NCBI GenBank assembly: GCA_965203905.1
Contig: CBDBDQ010000005.1
Span: 7,712,001-7,776,000 of the forward strand
Source: Spirochaetia bacterium
GTDB taxonomy: Bacteria; Spirochaetota; Spirochaetia; SZUA-6; Bin103
DNA: 64,000 nucleotides
Reading direction: 5' to 3'
The notes beneath the pieces were generated by a model. That model was given only the letters and a program-made list of their open reading frames with translations, ran no database searches and had not been told where the DNA came from. The position numbers and the translations under genes are program-made. Positions 61,018 to 64,000 of this stretch are shown here, in pieces (position 1 is the stretch's first letter; each line of letters opens with the position of its first letter).

Positions 61018-62727
61018 GTGAGCAACGCCAGCCCCTCCCCAGGCCCCGACTCAGCCCCCGAGGCGTCCGACTTCATTCGCAAGGCGATCCGCGAAGACCT
61101 GGCCGCCGGCCGCTTCGACCGCGTGCAGACGCGCTGGCCCCCGGAACCGAACGGCTACATCGGCATCGGCCACGCCAAGGCGATCACCCTCAACTTCGAC
61201 GTGGCGCGCGAATTTGGCGGCTTCTGCAGCCTGCGTTTCGACGACACCAACCCGGAACGCGAAAAGCTGGAGTACGTGGAGTCGATCAAGGAAGACATCC
61301 GCTGGCTCGGCTTCGACTGGGGCGAGCACGAGTACTACGCCTCCGACTACTACGAACGCCTGTACGAGCTGGCCGAACAACTGGTCGAGCAGGGCGACGC
61401 CTACGTGGACCGCCTGACGGCACAGCAGATCAGCGAATACCGCGGCGTGCCCACCCGCCCGGGCCGCGAGAGCCCGGACCGCGACCGCCCGCCGGCCGAG
61501 AGCCTCGGCCTGCTGCGCCGCATGCGCGCCGGCGCGTTCGCCGACGGCGCCTACGTGCTGCGCGCCCGCATCGACATGGCCTCTCCCAACCTGAACCTGC
61601 GCGACCCGGTGATGTACCGCATCCGGCGCGCCCGCCACTACCGCACGGGCGACGCCTGGTGCATCTACCCGATGTACGACTGGGCGCACGGCCAGAGCGA
61701 CTCGATCGAGGGAGTCACCCACTCGCTGTGTTCGCTGGAGTTCGAGAACAACCGGCCGCTGTACGACTGGTACCTGGACAAGCTGGGCATCTTCCACTCG
61801 CGGCAGATCGAGTTCAACCACCTCAACGTCGCCTACGCCGTGCTGCACAAGCGCATCCTGCGCCGGCTGGTGGCCGACGGCACGGTGCGCGGCTGGGACG
61901 ACCCGCGCCTGCTCACGCTGCGCGGCCTGCGCCGGCGCGGCTTTACGCCCAGCTCCATACGCGCCTTCGTGCGCAGCGTGGGCCTGACCAAGACCACGGT
62001 GCTGATCAGCTACGCACAACTGGAGTACTACCTGCGCCAGGAACTGAACCGTACCGCCACCCGGGTGATGGCGGTGCTCGACCCGCTGCGGGTGGTAATC
62101 ACCAACTATCCCGAGGGACAGACCGAGCAGGTCGAGGTGGAGAACAACCCCGAAGATCCGGACACCGGCAAACGAACGCTGCCGTTCAGCCGCGAGCTGT
62201 ACGTCGAACGCAGCGACTTCATGGAGCAGGCGCCGCGCAAGTTCTTCCGCCTGTCACCGGGCCGCGAGGTGCGCCTGAAGGGCGCCTACTACATCACCTG
62301 CGACGAGGCGGTGAAGGATGGCGACGGGCGCGTGACGGAGCTGCGCTGCAGTTACGACCCCGCCTCCCGCGGCGGCGGCACCGCGGACGGCCGCCGGGTA
62401 CGCGGAACGCTGCACTGGGTGTCGGCCGCGCACGCGCACACCGCCGAGGTGCGCCTGTACGACCACCTGTTCACTACCGAAAACATGAACGAGGTGGAGC
62501 ACGACGACCTGGCCCGCCACCTGAACCCCGACTCCGAGGTGATCCTGACCGGCTGCAAGGTGGAGCCGGGCCTGGCGGCGGCGCAGCCCGAGCAGATCTT
62601 CCAGTTCCTGCGCCACGGCTACTTCGTGGCCGACAACCGCGACTCCCGCCGCGGCGCGCCGGTGTTCAACCGCTCGGTCGGCCTGCGCGACACCTGGGCC
62701 AAGGTGCAGCGCGCCGCCCGCAACTGA
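61018..62727 (+). CDS. glnS: Glutaminyl-tRNA synthetase
   Basis: PPEPNGY.GIGH, RFDDTNP, IYPMYD, WDDPR and REVRLK motifs. Confidence 0.96.
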   Translation: MSNASPSPGPDSAPEASDFIRKAIREDLAAGRFDRVQTRWPPEPNGYIGIGHAKAITLNFDVAREFGGFCSLRFDDTNPEREKLEYVESIKEDIRWLGFDWGEHEYYASDYYERLYELAEQLVEQGDAYVDRLTAQQISEYRGVPTRPGRESPDRDRPPAESLGLLRRMRAGAFADGAYVLRARIDMASPNLNLRDPVMYRIRRARHYRTGDAWCIYPMYDWAHGQSDSIEGVTHSLCSLEFENNRPLYDWYLDKLGIFHSRQIEFNHLNVAYAVLHKRILRRLVADGTVRGWDDPRLLTLRGLRRRGFTPSSIRAFVRSVGLTKTTVLISYAQLEYYLRQELNRTATRVMAVLDPLRVVITNYPEGQTEQVEVENNPEDPDTGKRTLPFSRELYVERSDFMEQAPRKFFRLSPGREVRLKGAYYITCDEAVKDGDGRVTELRCSYDPASRGGGTADGRRVRGTLHWVSAAHAHTAEVRLYDHLFTTENMNEVEHDDLARHLNPDSEVILTGCKVEPGLAAAQPEQIFQFLRHGYFVADNRDSRRGAPVFNRSVGLRDTWAKVQRAARN

Positions 62728-62786
62728 GGGCCTCGGCCCGATTGCGCTCCCACCGCGCACCTCACGCGGGTGCCTGCTCCGGCCGG

Positions 62787-63326
62787 CTACGCCGGCAGTT
62801 TACGCCAGTCGGTGAGCGCCTGCGCGGTGCTCGGAAACGCCAACTCGTCCCAGGGAATGTCCGCCGGAGCGAACCAGCGCACCTCCAGCGCTTCGGTACC
62901 GGCGCTCGGCGTGCCGGACGCTATCCGCGCACGGTAGACGATGAGCACCACCGCCACGTCGCGCGCCGAGTACACGCCGAGCAGGTTGCCCACCGCCACC
63001 GTCACGCCCGTCTCCTCGCGCGCCTCCCGCGCGGCCGCCTCCGGCACCGGCTCGCCGCGATCCACGTAGCCGCCGGGAAAGGTCCACAGGCCGCGCGCCG
63101 GAGAGATGGCGCGCCGCAGCAGCAGGATGCCGCCCGCCCGCTCGATCACCGTACCGGCGGCCACCTTGGGATCGGCGTACACCACCTGGCCGCAGCGCGG
63201 GCACACCGGCAGCACCTTGCCCTCCACCGTGCGGCGCTCCAGCCGCGCGGCGCAGCCGCTGCAGAACCGCACCAGCGGCGGTCCGTGGTGGTGGACGGGA
63301 ACATGGACGGGAGGTTGATCGCTCAT
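62787..63326 (-). CDS. NUDIX hydrolase with N-terminal Zn ribbon
   Basis: FCSGC..CPRC and PGGYVDRGE..AAAREAREETG motifs. Confidence 0.92.
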   Translation of the reverse strand: MSDQPPVHVPVHHHGPPLVRFCSGCAARLERRTVEGKVLPVCPRCGQVVYADPKVAAGTVIERAGGILLLRRAISPARGLWTFPGGYVDRGEPVPEAAAREAREETGVTVAVGNLLGVYSARDVAVVLIVYRARIASGTPSAGTEALEVRWFAPADIPWDELAFPSTAQALTDWRKLPA

Positions 63327-63551
63327 GGCTCACTTCAAGGTGCGTAGCGTACGCGAGGCGCCCCCGAGGGGCTACCGCCGGGGTTACCTGCCACAGTCCC
63401 GACGGCCGACCAGGTCGAGGTGGGGGGAAATGACCCAACCAGAGGGCCGATTCGCCATCCTGGGACGTTTCGACCCAGCTCGCCGCCGGGACCACGCGGA
63501 ACAGCGGCGGGGAAACGCTCCAGAACGGCCAGAATCTCCCCTCGTCCAAGT

Positions 63552-63567
63552 TGGCACGGTTGCTGCT
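63552..63567 (+). promoter_or_regulatory. Sigma-54 (-24/-12) promoter of hsp20
   Basis: TGGCACG-GTTG-CTGCT with GG-N10-GC spacing. Confidence 0.65.
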
Positions 63568-63605
63568 TATAGATAAGTGAAGACCGAACTCATAGGAGGA
63601 ACGAC

Positions 63606-64000
63606 ATGAGAAGTCTGGTTACCTATCGACCGTATCGCCCGACAGTGGCGAATTTCGACCGCTGGTTCGACAGCGTGTTTCAGAACTGGGCACTGCCCCA
63701 CGCCGCCGGCGTCGGCATCGGCGCGCCGCACGCACCGCGGGTGGACGTGCAGGAGAAGGCGGATTCCTACCGCCTGGAGGCGGAACTGCCCGGCCTGACG
63801 GAGAAGGACTTCACCGTCAACGTCGAGCACAACCTGCTCACCATCGCGTCCGAGCAGGAGCGGACCGAAGAGCGCGAGGAGAACGGATACGTGATCCGCG
63901 AGCGGCGCGCCGGCGCTTTCCGGCGCTCGTTCACCCTGCCGGAGGAGGTCGACGCCGACCGCATCAGCGCCACCTTCAAGGATGGCCTGCTGACCCTGAC
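63606..64000 (+). CDS. Hsp20/alpha-crystallin small heat-shock protein, truncated by window edge
   Basis: RBS AGGAGG; PRVDVQE, AELPG, RER..F.RSFTLP and FKDGLL motifs. Absent from the ORF track because there is no stop. Confidence 0.95.
   Translation, partial: MRSLVTYRPYRPTVANFDRWFDSVFQNWALPHAAGVGIGAPHAPRVDVQEKADSYRLEAELPGLTEKDFTVNVEHNLLTIASEQERTEEREENGYVIRERRAGAFRRSFTLPEEVDADRISATFKDGLLTL

Noticed and set aside
63340-63540. Structured ncRNA between the NUDIX gene and hsp20
   Set aside because: Hairpins are present but no SRP, 6S or riboswitch motif is recognisable; GC-rich hairpins are expected by chance.

Overview
High-GC bacterial chromosomal window, probably from a long-read metagenome assembly: at least 7 otherwise intact genes carry single-base frameshifts, several in homopolymers. 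The 'LWAGAASEE'/'LFAGGEEE' signal peptides of the solute-binding proteins suggest Spirochaetota, which is inference only. The left ~27 kb is accessory. It holds two ATPase-less Dpp/Opp permease modules, an Ltp2-like aldolase with DUF35 partner, an ABC-ATPase + DUF4276 pair, a sulfatase, a GMC oxidase, an RHH/PIN toxin-antitoxin pair and a nest of mobile DNA. The top candidate for an undescribed system is a 4.3-kb transposon (11712-17707 including a nested IS110) with 17-bp TIRs and a 5-bp TSD CCTGG. It encodes four ATGA-coupled genes (Cys/His-rich unknown, Mu/TnsB-like DDE transposase, ExeA-like AAA+, RepA-like AAA_25 ATPase) followed by ori-like GTTCC/GGAAC repeats. The nested IS110 has readable bridge-RNA guide matches, and a complete IS21 lies next to the element. 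Other unexplained signals are a 4-unit array of TTGACA promoter-like modules, group II intron-like remnants with a captured 36-bp gene piece, scattered gene crumbs and an anti-SD sRNA candidate. The right part is mostly core metabolism (third Dpp module, pyrE, glpDK, gap, bcp, pgi, glnS, hsp20).
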